64,000 nt of DNA from Nitrospiraceae bacterium. Its GTDB lineage: Bacteria > Nitrospirota > Nitrospiria > Nitrospirales > Nitrospiraceae. This document shows positions 45,806 through 56,180 of this stretch, piece by piece. The notes beneath the pieces were generated by a model. The model was not told the origin of the DNA. It did no database searches and saw only the letters and a program-made list of their open reading frames with translations. The stretch is taken from assembly GCA_050246315.1 (NCBI GenBank), contig JBFWWG010000004.1:96001-160000 (forward strand), given 5' to 3'. Within the stretch, counting starts at the first letter, position 1. Each line of letters begins with the position of its first letter. A program made the position numbers and the translations under genes.

Positions 45806-47491
45806 CTACGCCGTGTCCGCGGCGGACATTCGGCGCACCGTCAACACCGGCACTGACACCGATTGCCGGCAATTATCGCTCGTGAGAGAAAAGATCAGAT
45901 GGGCCACCTCATGAACGCGCCGCTGCCATGCCCGATAGGCGCTCAATTGCTCCGATGCCATGGCGGTCAGCGTCAACGCCTCCCCGTTGCAGGTTTCTCG
46001 CACGAAGGCCACTGTGGCAGAGCCGAAAGCCAAACCTTCGGCGGCGAGAGTGACGGCACGCCGGCGCAGGTCACGCATCTCCGCCTGAAGCGCTTGCACT
46101 GATGAGACCGGTGGAACCGAACGGCGACACAACCGCTCAAGCTCGTCCGCTTGCGCAACCAACCGCCGGAGCAATGGAGCAAGATACCGAAATACTGCTC
46201 GCTGCTCCTTCGCGTCCGGCGCCTCCCCTTGCGGTACCGGGCTAAGGCTCTCACGTCCAGTAAATTCCTGAAACCAATAGCGTCTCCACAGGGCGGCATA
46301 CCACTCACTTACAGCATCTGCTCGTCCCACCTTCAGTTTGTAAGCCCCAAGCCCGTCATCATCGAGAGCGGATTCATAGATCCGAACGCCGGTCGAATGA
46401 GCCGGCATCGGGCCGAGTCCCATGCCATACAGACAGAGCTCCGCAGCCTGCTCAGAAAGGATCCGATCCTTACAGGCATGATGCGCGCAGACCTGATCAA
46501 ATCCGCATGGAGCGCACCCAAGATCCGGCTGCACGACCCAATGGCCCGGCCCATAGGGGCCGGTCTCGCGAAAGTCCACGTGCCCCACAGACAGATCGAT
46601 GACCGGTGTGCCGGCCGAGACTGCCAGATGCATCGGCCCCGTATCGTTCGTCAGCAACAGCCGGCACTCCGCCAGCAGTGCCGTCAGGGACTTCACATCG
46701 GTGCGTCCCAACACATTCCGGAGAGGCGCGGCCCCCCCTGCATTTCGATAGGCGTTGATCGCCAGTTCCACCGCCTCCCGCTCGACCTCCGTACCGATCA
46801 TGACGAATCCGACCGTCGCGCGGCGGGCGATTGCGGCCATAGCCCGGCCAAACGAGTCGGGACGCCAAGCTTTGATGATCTCGCTTGCCCCGACCTGCAC
46901 GGCCATCCACCCCTCCGCCGGTCGTTGCCGGCCGAGGAGCGCCCGAGCCTCCTCGCGGGCCTTAGATGAAACGGGCATCCGCAATGGAGTAAAGGGACCG
47001 TGACCGCTGCCGCCGAGTGCATAGAGATCGACGAGATTGAACCGGTTCAACCGTCGATGCCGATGCAGATCCGTAAAGTAGGCCATCCAGGCATTCCGTA
47101 CAACCGTCGCCCCGTCGGTGGCACAGGTGACGCCGCGAATATCAGGTGCCCCGATATACGCAGCCAGCAACCCGCTTCGCCGGTTGAACGTGAGATTCAC
47201 GATCCGGTCATAACGCACTTCAGCCAATGGCCGAGCCCACTCCTTTAGCTCGCGATACAACGTGACCAGGTCCTTCGCCATTGCACGCCCGTTCTCGGTC
47301 AGGGCCCGGAAGTCGAGCGCATGGACCTGTCGTACATTTGGCAACAACGCGGCCACAGAGGCAAAACTCTGGTCCACGACCAGATCCACCGCCGCATCCG
47401 GCCATTCATGGCGAAGCCGCGCGATCAATGGGACCGACTGGACCAGATCGCCCATCCTGGTGATGTTCAGGATCAAGACCCGGCGGCTCAC
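45806..47491 (-). CDS. GT9 (heptosyltransferase-like) glycosyltransferase with C-terminal extension
   Basis: TRMGDLVQ, QVGAS...KAW, LLTNDTGPMHLA, ETGPYG. Confidence 0.9.
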   Translation of the reverse strand: MSRRVLILNITRMGDLVQSVPLIARLRHEWPDAAVDLVVDQSFASVAALLPNVRQVHALDFRALTENGRAMAKDLVTLYRELKEWARPLAEVRYDRIVNLTFNRRSGLLAAYIGAPDIRGVTCATDGATVVRNAWMAYFTDLHRHRRLNRFNLVDLYALGGSGHGPFTPLRMPVSSKAREEARALLGRQRPAEGWMAVQVGASEIIKAWRPDSFGRAMAAIARRATVGFVMIGTEVEREAVELAINAYRNAGGAAPLRNVLGRTDVKSLTALLAECRLLLTNDTGPMHLAVSAGTPVIDLSVGHVDFRETGPYGPGHWVVQPDLGCAPCGFDQVCAHHACKDRILSEQAAELCLYGMGLGPMPAHSTGVRIYESALDDDGLGAYKLKVGRADAVSEWYAALWRRYWFQEFTGRESLSPVPQGEAPDAKEQRAVFRYLAPLLRRLVAQADELERLCRRSVPPVSSVQALQAEMRDLRRRAVTLAAEGLAFGSATVAFVRETCNGEALTLTAMASEQLSAYRAWQRRVHEVAHLIFSLTSDNCRQSVSVPVLTVRRMSAADTA

Positions 47492-49305
47492 AGCAGATCC
47501 CTCATGTCCGAGCGATGCTCATCGAGCAGAAGGATCAACAGCTCTTCGCGGCCGAGGGTGGCCGTGGCTCCTTTCGCCTTGATCCTGGCCGCAAGATCTC
47601 GTAGTTCCACCCGCTCGGTGTCAGGCCCCTGCCGCAAGAGCGGGATCAACTCGGGAGTGTCCCGGCTCTGCTCCGCTAGGCGTCCGGCCTGCCGATCGCC
47701 GCGTAGAATCGCCCCGACCCGATCCGGCTCGCCCATGCCGATCCTCGCCAGCAGGGTCTTCATCCGATGCACATACGTATGTTCTCGCAAGGTTCGATCA
47801 TAGGCTTCCTGGGCCATCACCCGCCTGGCTTCCGGTTCCTGTCGCCATGTCTGGAGGTATCTCACAAGCCCATCCTCATCGGTCAAGGTCGCTATTTGCC
47901 CGGAGTCGAAGAGGTTCGGAAGCAACCTTCGTCGGTCCACCAGTTGAAAAGCGCGGCAGGCCGCCAACTCGAACGTGCGCGGGTTGACAAAGTCGCCCTC
48001 CGGATCGAACCCCGTTCCGACATGGGAGTGTAGGTTTAGATTAATCGCCGTGGCGTTGAAGATCTTCACGCAGGTCTCGGTATCGACCCGCGCTCCGCCC
48101 CGTTGAAGCGCCGGCTGTACCGCCGCCGCTCCCTCCCACTCATTGCCCCAGATCTTGAACGTCCATTCCGAGGAGGTCAGCCGGGGCAACAGCGCGCGGC
48201 GGTTCGCATAGCCGGCGCCGACAAAGGCGACGTCGGCCCCGAACTCGCGCCGCTCTGCCTCAGAGAGCTCCAACGGCCGGTGAACGGCCGGATCGGCCGC
48301 CATCGGCAGATACTCAATCTGCTTGGCACCGGCCCATCGCATCGCTTCATGGCAGCGGTCCTGCTGAATGACGAACCAGTAGTCGTAGCCGCCCGCCACC
48401 TGTTGCCAATAGGTCAGGTGGCGATAGTTCTCGACGAACCACATGCTCGTCAGAAACTTCTTGCGTCGCAGATGCTCCAACACCGGAAGCGTCAACGGCG
48501 CCTGAGCCAGGGCCAGGATGAGGTCCGGCGGATCTTCCGCAACGCGGGCCAGCGACCATTGGCTGAGCAGCTCCGCGAACTTAGCCTGGAGCAACTGGCG
48601 ATGCCGCCCGTCGGATAGTCCCGCCATCGCCTCATAGCTGCCGTGATGGAAACTGTGATCGATCCAGGTGACCCTGTGGCCGAGCTGTTTGAGCGCGGAA
48701 GCGGTATAGCGTGCGATGGGGAGCGACCCCCCGTAGATCGGACCCACCACCGCCACATGTAGCCGCCCCCCCATCTTCACCGCGAGGGCCTCCCTCAACG
48801 AGGTCTCGAGTGCGGCATAGGAGTCCGCGTGACAGTCGGCGGCCGGCGCATAGGTGAGCAGGCGAAGCGGCTGCGAGAAGGACGCGAGCGTCTGGGCGGC
48901 TTCTCCAGCGGGCCCAACAATCCATCGGACGAGACCGATCCAATCACCCAGATCGCGTGCACGGCATGCGTCATGAAGCTCCCTCAGGTCCGGCACGACC
49001 ACGGCAATTTGCACGCCGGTTCGCGAACGTTTGCACAGCGCCTCCACGTGATACAGGAGGCCGACGCCGAGGATGACCGCTATCTCGTTCGACTGCCAGA
49101 CCGCCAAATGACCTTCCGCCCAACGCTCCGCCTCCTGTCGGGGATCATAGGAGCTGTGGACCCAGCGGTCGCCGCACGTTGCCGTCGCCATGCCGTTGCG
49201 CGACTCAAGGATCTCCAGCACACCGCCGGATGACTCCCGGATCTGCACGGCCAGAATCGGATCGTTTTCAGCGATCCGCGCCACATTGGATTCGAAGACT
49301 GTCAT
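47488..49305 (-). CDS. CgeB/DUF3880-like glycosyltransferase with Maf-like N-terminus
   Basis: VHSSYDPRQEA and LGVGLLYHV at the N-terminus; YLPMAADP, FVGAGYANR, NPRTFELAAC, EHTYVHR. Confidence 0.85.
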   Translation of the reverse strand: MTVFESNVARIAENDPILAVQIRESSGGVLEILESRNGMATATCGDRWVHSSYDPRQEAERWAEGHLAVWQSNEIAVILGVGLLYHVEALCKRSRTGVQIAVVVPDLRELHDACRARDLGDWIGLVRWIVGPAGEAAQTLASFSQPLRLLTYAPAADCHADSYAALETSLREALAVKMGGRLHVAVVGPIYGGSLPIARYTASALKQLGHRVTWIDHSFHHGSYEAMAGLSDGRHRQLLQAKFAELLSQWSLARVAEDPPDLILALAQAPLTLPVLEHLRRKKFLTSMWFVENYRHLTYWQQVAGGYDYWFVIQQDRCHEAMRWAGAKQIEYLPMAADPAVHRPLELSEAERREFGADVAFVGAGYANRRALLPRLTSSEWTFKIWGNEWEGAAAVQPALQRGGARVDTETCVKIFNATAINLNLHSHVGTGFDPEGDFVNPRTFELAACRAFQLVDRRRLLPNLFDSGQIATLTDEDGLVRYLQTWRQEPEARRVMAQEAYDRTLREHTYVHRMKTLLARIGMGEPDRVGAILRGDRQAGRLAEQSRDTPELIPLLRQGPDTERVELRDLAARIKAKGATATLGREELLILLLDEHRSDMRDLL

Positions 49306-49308
49306 GTC

Positions 49309-50508
49309 TTACCGCTCGACACACAGCACGGGCCCGATCGAGGCCCAGATCGCCTCTCGCCGGCGCTCGGCGCCATCCGGATGGTGGAGCCGGCAATAGT
49401 AGGTGCCCCAGTCGTCGAACCGGCTTTTCCAAAGAGACCATTCGGGCGACGTTCCGGGGCAGGAACCCGACAGCAATAGTTCCACGCTCGACTCGACTGG
49501 CCAGTCCTGAGGTCTGCTTTGGCCAGTCGGCTCGTGTTGCCAGACCCAATGCCCTCGCCCGTACGGTCCCGTCTCGTGCACACGCGCCCGAGCGAAATAC
49601 CACCCCATCGCACGAAGTCCTAGGGCCGCCCCCAGATGGAGAGGTCCTGTATCGGCCCCGACGATCCAGTGACAGCGACTCAAGAGCGTGGCCAATTGCG
49701 CCACGGTCAATATTCCCGTTGAGTCCCAAAGGCGTCCGAGCAGCAACGGCGACAGCCTGTCTTGGATGGCGGCAGCCACCTCGGATTCCAGTCCTGTCCC
49801 AATGAGCACGACGTGAGCGAGTGAATGGGCCGTCAACAAGGTCTCGATCCAACGAGCCCATATCGACGGAGGCAGGCAGCGCTCGGAAGCTCCCGCTCCG
49901 ACCGCCACGGCGACCCACAGGCTGTCTCCCTTCCCGACCGGCGAACAGACGGCTGGAAGCTCGTCATCTGCCGCCTGAATGCGCGGCACGAACTCCGGCG
50001 GGCGAACCCCACAGAGCCCGCAAAACGCATCCGACAGATGGACGCGATCGTCCGTCCGACGGCTGGCCACGTTGCGAAGATAAGCAGCCCAAGCGGACAA
50101 TGACACACCTAGCGGACCATCCGATCCCGGTCCGACGACCTGAGCCGCCAGCAGGTGCGCGGCATAAATCGCTCGCGGATGCTGATTCAGGTTGAAAGCC
50201 AGCTCGTACGTGCCGGCGCCCAACTCATTCAGATAGTGCGTAGCCTCCCGGCAGATCTGCTGACGCCGACCGTGAGCCGACTCCACCCAGGCCCTCCATT
50301 GGGCGCCCTGCCATTCGAGGACCCGCTGGAGATGGGGAAACAATCGCGCGACCGGAGCCAGAGGCGCCGCACACAAGAGATCGAGCGTGAGCCTTGGTCG
50401 TAACTGCGTCAGGGATTCAATAGCCGGAAGTGTCTGAACTAAGTCTCCAAGTCGGGCCAATTGGATCAGCACCGCCTTTGAGAAGGGTTCTTGTACTGTT
50501 TCGCTCAT
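49309..50508 (-). CDS. GT9 glycosyltransferase
   Basis: QLARLGDLVQT, ADTGPLHLGAA, HETGPYG. Confidence 0.9.
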   Translation of the reverse strand: MSETVQEPFSKAVLIQLARLGDLVQTLPAIESLTQLRPRLTLDLLCAAPLAPVARLFPHLQRVLEWQGAQWRAWVESAHGRRQQICREATHYLNELGAGTYELAFNLNQHPRAIYAAHLLAAQVVGPGSDGPLGVSLSAWAAYLRNVASRRTDDRVHLSDAFCGLCGVRPPEFVPRIQAADDELPAVCSPVGKGDSLWVAVAVGAGASERCLPPSIWARWIETLLTAHSLAHVVLIGTGLESEVAAAIQDRLSPLLLGRLWDSTGILTVAQLATLLSRCHWIVGADTGPLHLGAALGLRAMGWYFARARVHETGPYGRGHWVWQHEPTGQSRPQDWPVESSVELLLSGSCPGTSPEWSLWKSRFDDWGTYYCRLHHPDGAERRREAIWASIGPVLCVER

Positions 50509-53500
50509 GCCACAAGCGGTAGGCTGCCGGCTGCCGATAGGCCTTTCGCGAGATCATCCAGGCCCTCGAAGCCGGGATTGAGCACGCGGATCGTGTCGTA
50601 CTCTTTGCGCGCGGCCTCGACCCGACCCAGCCGCAGCAACGTGCCGGCAGAGGCAAACCGAGCAGACAAGTCACTGGGATTACGGGCGATGTACCGTTCC
50701 AGATCGTCCGACAATGGCTCCCATCGTCCGAGCGAGACGCCGACCCGAAGGAGCCAATGGAGAACCTCCTGATCGTCCGGATACTCGACCGACAGGTGCC
50801 GGCAGATATGCCAGGCTTTCTCTAACTGATTCTGCCCGACGACCGCCATACCCATCCCCAATTGAGATCGCTTGGCGTCGGCGCCGAGGCGGAATGCCCG
50901 CTCAAATTGCTTCTCCGCCTCGGCGAACTCTTGCCGCTGCATCGAGAGCACCGCCTGCATCAACCATCCCTCGGCATGATTAGGCATGAGTCCCAGCAGC
51001 GCGGATACATGCTCCTCGGCCTTTGCCACCGCGTCCTCTTCAAGTGCCATCCTGGCCAATGAGCAGTGCGCCTCCGCATCGTCCACGACCATGAGCACTC
51101 GCTCCCAAAAGAGACCGGAGAGGTCACGGGCGCCGACGATCCTGCAGACCATGGCGGCCCAACGGAGCACCCACTCGTCGTCAGGCCACTCTTGCACCCT
51201 GGCCAACAGGGATCGAAGACCCTCCCGCTCCTGCCGTTGCGCCAACCGTTGCGCCTCCGCAACCAGCTCCCAGCGCCTGCGTTCATTCGTATCGGTCAGA
51301 GGATCAAGCCTGGTCCGCATGATTTCGCCGTCCGCTGTTTGCCGGAACACCAGCCCATCCTCGACGTAGGCGATGTCTTCGTCGGGAATCCACCAGTGCT
51401 GCCCCCAGCGCTCAAGCAGACGCTTGGCGTTCTTGGCATCGTGGGCCTTTCGGCCGACACTCTGGCTTTCAAGATGGTACAGAACGCTCTTCGGCTGATA
51501 GACAACCCGCCAACCCCGCTCGCGGATCTTCAAGCAGAGATCCACGTCTTCAAAACTGTTGAGATAGCCCTCGTCGAATCCGCCCGCCGCCTCGAAGACT
51601 TCACGTCGAATCAACGTGCAGGCGGCCGTCACACACTGAAACTCCCGCCGCCGGTTCACGACCGGATGATCGCCCGGCAATTGCCGGTAAATGTGATAGG
51701 GCGTGAACATCACTTTTGAGAACACCACACCGGCATGTTGGATCGTGCCATCCTCGTACAACAACTTGCTGCCTACGACCGCCACCTCGGCATGGGTCTC
51801 CACTTCGTCCACCAAGGCTCGGAGCCAGCCTTCCAACGGAATCGTGTCGTTGTTCAAGAAGACGAGATACCGTCCGCGTGCCGTGGCGGCCCCGCGGTTA
51901 CAACTCTTGGCGAACCCACTGTTCGCATCATTCCGCACGATCTGGACATCGCCGCCGAGCGAGGTAAGAAACTCCTGAGTCTCGTCCGTGGAGCCGTCAT
52001 CTACGACGATCACTTCATACTCGACCCCGTGAGTGACCGCCGCCAAGGCCGAGAGGCATTGCCTGGTCAAGTTGACCTGGTTGAACACCGGCATAATGAT
52101 GGAAACATCATGACGATTTGCCGAAGAGGTCATCGGCGGCGGCTGTACTTGCAGAGCCTGCTGTATGGGCTCTTTCTGTTGCGAACCCAGACGGACTCCC
52201 TCCTGAAACGCCGAGGTGAGCAGGGCCTGGTAAAGGGGATAGAGCACGGTCCTGGCGTAGTAGTGGTCGAAGCCCATGTCCTGAATACGAAGAGCAGCCA
52301 TGCGCGAGACCGTCGGCTTTTCGACTTCCTTGAGCACCGAGAGGAGCAAGGCTATCCGATCTCGGCTGGAGGTGGAGGACCCCGAGTCTCGCGGCACTTC
52401 ATCGAGCCTCAACATCAGTTCGTTCAGAACCGGATGCTTGCCGGCCAACAACACCGCCATCTGTCCGGCCTTTCGCTGGCGCTCAACGAAGCTCTCCGGC
52501 GTGATCTCATGATGGTGTCTGGTCACCGCTAGTGGATTGAAATGAATCTGCATGCCTTGGTTCGCCAAACGATAGCCCAACTCTACATCGTCGAATGCGG
52601 GATACAGGAAATCCGGATCGAAGAGGGTCGTCTGCCGGTGCAAGAATGATCGTTTGAGGGAAAGATTGCTGGTGTAGAACAGGCGGAAATCCACCTTCCC
52701 GTTCTTGACCAGATGGTAGGCAAATTGCTGACCTCCTTCCGGCGAGACGATGAACTTCATGAAGGGCGTGACCGTAATCTCAGGAGACCAATCGATGAAC
52801 CCCAGCATGGCCTCCGACTCCACCGGATGTTTCCGATGAAATGTCGCATGAGCCTCCAGGAAGCCAGGCTCGGGGATCATGTCGTCACCAGTAATGACGA
52901 CGACGTGCCCCTGAGCGGCGCGGATGCCCTCATTGCGGGCGGCATTGGCGCCTCCATGCGGCCGAGTGACGACGCGGAGGGCAAACGGCAGCTTCATGCA
53001 ACGGATCATGGAGGCGGTGTCGTCCGTGGACCCGTCGTCGACCAGCAGCACCTCGAACCGATCAGGGGAGAACGTCTGTGAAGCAAACCCCAAGAGCGTC
53101 TTCCTGACGATCACCTGTCGATTATAGGTTGGAATGACGACGCTTAGTTCGGGAGCGGAGCGGAGTTGCTCGTGATCCAAATCGGAACTGGCCCGCGCAT
53201 TCCATGCTTCCGTCCGAGAGATCCCGGCAATACCGGATTGCGCAGCTTCCGCGTCACGGATCGCTTCGACAACGGGGTCCAACCGATAGGCCCACCGAAG
53301 TACCTGATCGTAATGTTGTGCCGTCACGTGCTCGACAAGGGGCGATGGCCCTTCCCCGAGCCGTCGCTGCAGGATCGCAAACCCCTCCTCCAGGAACTGT
53401 TTCCCCGTGATCAGATCCTCGCGGGACAATTGCGGCGTGTGCATCGGCACCTGATGCCCCCCGTAGTCGCCCCACCGCATCGAGTCGATCCAGCCCTTTC

Positions 53501-54695
53501 GGAGCGCCTCTTCGTAGAGCGGAGTGCCAGGATAGGGTGTAATAATCGTCACGCCGATCGTATCGGGCTGATACCGTTGGATCAGGTCGTAGGTGGCGAC
53601 AATGGATTCGCGCGTTTCTTTAGGCAGCCCCACGATCAACAGGAAATGCAGGCGAATCCCCAGACGCCGGGCCTTGTCGCGCACGTGGGCCAATCGCGGC
53701 ACGGTGAGTCCCTTCTTGCCCTCCCGGTGATGCATCACGGCTTCGTCGCCGGTTTCCACGCCGATCAGGATGCCGACGCAGCCTGCGGCGCGCATCTTTT
53801 CCATCAGCCCGTCGCTGAGGCAATCCACACGGGTTTCGCACATCCAATCCAACGTCCAACCCGCCCTCACGATCAGATCGCAGAGACGCTCAATCCGTTC
53901 CTGGTTGAGTGTGAAGGTCGCGTCGCGGAAATAGAGTTTGGTGATGCCCTGCCGCTCGACGATTTCCTTGATCTCGGCTGCGATGCGTTCGGGACTTTGC
54001 GACCGCCACTTCACACCCTCGACCAGCGGATAGGGACAGAAATAGCCGCAGGGATAGGGACAGCCCCGGCTCGTCTGGAGCGTGGCAACCGGCGATCCAA
54101 GCAGTGGATAGACGTACTGCTGGTTTGGCAGCAGATCCCTCGCAGGAAAGGGAAGGCGATTCAAATCAGTAACCGGCTCGCCTTCTTCGAAACGGAGGCT
54201 CGTGCTATCCGAGCCGTCGTCCTGCCCCAGCCAGGCGCACCCTTTCCTCGACCGCCCTGCGGCCAAGTCCACGATCGACAGGTCCGCTTCTCCGTGGATC
54301 ACGAGATCGGCACCGCTCCGCCCGAGCAATGCCTCAAGCGTGCGGTGGTCGCGAATCAAGGTCTTGGCAAACACCTTGGCATCGGGATGCCGTCGGCGCA
54401 GCTCAGCGAGGAACGCCGCATCGGCATCAAGAGTCGGCAAGGCGACGGTGGCCAACAGGACATCCCATGTCCGGCCCTCCAGCCGCCGATAGACGCCGGC
54501 CTCGTCCAGGCGCAGTGGATCAGCGTCGATTAGTTCTACCGATTCCCCGACTTGGCGCAAGGAGGATGCCATCGTCGCCAGATCAAGCGGCGGCAACAAC
54601 AGGTGGTCGCCGCCATCGAACCCCAATCCACCAGCCATACTCCGGCTGACGGGCCGACGCGCCAAGGACGGGCTGTTGATCAACACGATGTGCAT
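50505..54695 (-). CDS. Fusion: B12-binding radical SAM + GT2 + GT2 + TPR
   Basis: GEAD...PFPARDL, TSRGCPYPCGYFC, GVETG, PYPGTPL; SVVIPTYNR...VDDGSTD; SIIMPVFNQ...VDDGSTD...FLNND...EDVDLC; C-terminal TPR-like helices. Confidence 0.88.
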   Translation of the reverse strand: MHIVLINSPSLARRPVSRSMAGGLGFDGGDHLLLPPLDLATMASSLRQVGESVELIDADPLRLDEAGVYRRLEGRTWDVLLATVALPTLDADAAFLAELRRRHPDAKVFAKTLIRDHRTLEALLGRSGADLVIHGEADLSIVDLAAGRSRKGCAWLGQDDGSDSTSLRFEEGEPVTDLNRLPFPARDLLPNQQYVYPLLGSPVATLQTSRGCPYPCGYFCPYPLVEGVKWRSQSPERIAAEIKEIVERQGITKLYFRDATFTLNQERIERLCDLIVRAGWTLDWMCETRVDCLSDGLMEKMRAAGCVGILIGVETGDEAVMHHREGKKGLTVPRLAHVRDKARRLGIRLHFLLIVGLPKETRESIVATYDLIQRYQPDTIGVTIITPYPGTPLYEEALRKGWIDSMRWGDYGGHQVPMHTPQLSREDLITGKQFLEEGFAILQRRLGEGPSPLVEHVTAQHYDQVLRWAYRLDPVVEAIRDAEAAQSGIAGISRTEAWNARASSDLDHEQLRSAPELSVVIPTYNRQVIVRKTLLGFASQTFSPDRFEVLLVDDGSTDDTASMIRCMKLPFALRVVTRPHGGANAARNEGIRAAQGHVVVITGDDMIPEPGFLEAHATFHRKHPVESEAMLGFIDWSPEITVTPFMKFIVSPEGGQQFAYHLVKNGKVDFRLFYTSNLSLKRSFLHRQTTLFDPDFLYPAFDDVELGYRLANQGMQIHFNPLAVTRHHHEITPESFVERQRKAGQMAVLLAGKHPVLNELMLRLDEVPRDSGSSTSSRDRIALLLSVLKEVEKPTVSRMAALRIQDMGFDHYYARTVLYPLYQALLTSAFQEGVRLGSQQKEPIQQALQVQPPPMTSSANRHDVSIIMPVFNQVNLTRQCLSALAAVTHGVEYEVIVVDDGSTDETQEFLTSLGGDVQIVRNDANSGFAKSCNRGAATARGRYLVFLNNDTIPLEGWLRALVDEVETHAEVAVVGSKLLYEDGTIQHAGVVFSKVMFTPYHIYRQLPGDHPVVNRRREFQCVTAACTLIRREVFEAAGGFDEGYLNSFEDVDLCLKIRERGWRVVYQPKSVLYHLESQSVGRKAHDAKNAKRLLERWGQHWWIPDEDIAYVEDGLVFRQTADGEIMRTRLDPLTDTNERRRWELVAEAQRLAQRQEREGLRSLLARVQEWPDDEWVLRWAAMVCRIVGARDLSGLFWERVLMVVDDAEAHCSLARMALEEDAVAKAEEHVSALLGLMPNHAEGWLMQAVLSMQRQEFAEAEKQFERAFRLGADAKRSQLGMGMAVVGQNQLEKAWHICRHLSVEYPDDQEVLHWLLRVGVSLGRWEPLSDDLERYIARNPSDLSARFASAGTLLRLGRVEAARKEYDTIRVLNPGFEGLDDLAKGLSAAGSLPLVA

Positions 54696-54854
54696 GAGGC
54701 CTCCATACCACGCTTGCTAAATCCGGCTCCCCTCAGATTGTTCTTGCCAGTCGGATCAAGACATCCAGTGATCATTTTATCTTTCATACCAACTTTCAAT
54801 TGATCAGTTGATCAGGCCGCATCTCGATAGTTTTCGCCAGTCAAAGAGCAGCCT

Positions 54855-56180
54855 TCACGAGCTCGTTCTCTCGGGCGACAGACCACCCAGCGTAACCAGT
54901 TGGGATTCAGGCCCGCCCTGATGGGCAAGAGATACGGCCTTGTTCAGCCACTGATAATCGACGTGCTTCACCTTGGCTTCGTTGGGCGTACGGCAGGAGC
55001 CGTTGTAGGGATCCACCATGATCAACCCTTGCAGCTCTAATTCGGCCGCCATGCCACTGCCAGGAGTAGGCGTGAAAAAGCTCGTGCTCAGGTGATCCGG
55101 CTTGATTTTCCAGACCATACGCACGGTGTCCGCAGTTTCGGATCGGCTCTCGCCCGGCGCGCCGAACATGATATTGGCCCAGACCTTGACACCGTTCTCC
55201 TTGCAGATGACTGCCGCCTTCAGATTCTCCTCGACCGTTGTTTCCTTCTCAAACAGGTCGAGGATTCTCTGACTGCCGCTCTCAAACCCGATCATCGCCC
55301 AGGCCAGACCGGTCTCGGCCATCTGGGCGACCACATCCGGATAGCGGCAGATCAGATCGGCCCGCATCTGGCAGATATAGGGTTCGGTGAATCCGGCAGC
55401 CCGGTACTGGCGGCAGAATTCGCGGGTCCAGCGGTGGTTGATGAAGAACAGATCATCGTGGGCCATCCAACTGCGAAAGTGAAAGCGATGCTTGAGCTCG
55501 CGCAGCTCACTAATGACGTTTGCCTGGCTGCGCATTTTTACCCGATTGCCAAAGACGGCGCGCTCGGCAGGCTGGCAGAAATTGCACTTGAAGGGGCAGC
55601 CTCGTCCGGCGTTCGTCGTGACGAACGGCGTGGGTAGCCGCGGGACCATGGGAGTCTGAAGTTCCCCCGTGATGTCGAAGAGATCACGGTCCACCCAGGG
55701 GATCTCATCCAGCACCGGCGGTTCGCCGACAATAACCCGGTCGACTGACTCGCCCCGCTCCAGTGTTGCGAGCAACTTGGGAAAACTGATTTCCCCTTCT
55801 TGTGTGATGATGTGATCGATCAATCGATTCGACGACACCTGTTGGAATTGGACCGTCGCATGGACCCCCCCGATCACGACGACGGCATCCTCGTGCTCCT
55901 CCTTGATAATCCGGATCGCCCGCACGGCGTCGGGATAGTGTAGGCTCCAGGAGGTGACGCCCCAGACTCTCGTCATCCTCCTCGCCACCTCCTCTCGAAA
56001 CTGTCCCCAGCCGCCGAGAGTGCGGAGGTCGATCAGGTCGACGGTATGGCCATGAGCCTTGACGGCTGCGCTAAGCGATGCCAGGCCATGGTCGATAAAA
56101 TTCGCCTCAATTGTCGGCTTCTTCTTGAAGCTGTCAAATCCCGGGAGCGCAACTCCAGGGAAGATCAGTGTGACGTGCAT
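54855..56180 (-). CDS. B12-binding radical SAM protein
   Basis: GGVHAT, QEGEI, RGCPFKCNFC, GFESGSQRIL, TPTPGS; ATG 56180 after GAGG. Confidence 0.9.
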   Translation of the reverse strand: MHVTLIFPGVALPGFDSFKKKPTIEANFIDHGLASLSAAVKAHGHTVDLIDLRTLGGWGQFREEVARRMTRVWGVTSWSLHYPDAVRAIRIIKEEHEDAVVVIGGVHATVQFQQVSSNRLIDHIITQEGEISFPKLLATLERGESVDRVIVGEPPVLDEIPWVDRDLFDITGELQTPMVPRLPTPFVTTNAGRGCPFKCNFCQPAERAVFGNRVKMRSQANVISELRELKHRFHFRSWMAHDDLFFINHRWTREFCRQYRAAGFTEPYICQMRADLICRYPDVVAQMAETGLAWAMIGFESGSQRILDLFEKETTVEENLKAAVICKENGVKVWANIMFGAPGESRSETADTVRMVWKIKPDHLSTSFFTPTPGSGMAAELELQGLIMVDPYNGSCRTPNEAKVKHVDYQWLNKAVSLAHQGGPESQLVTLGGLSPERTSS

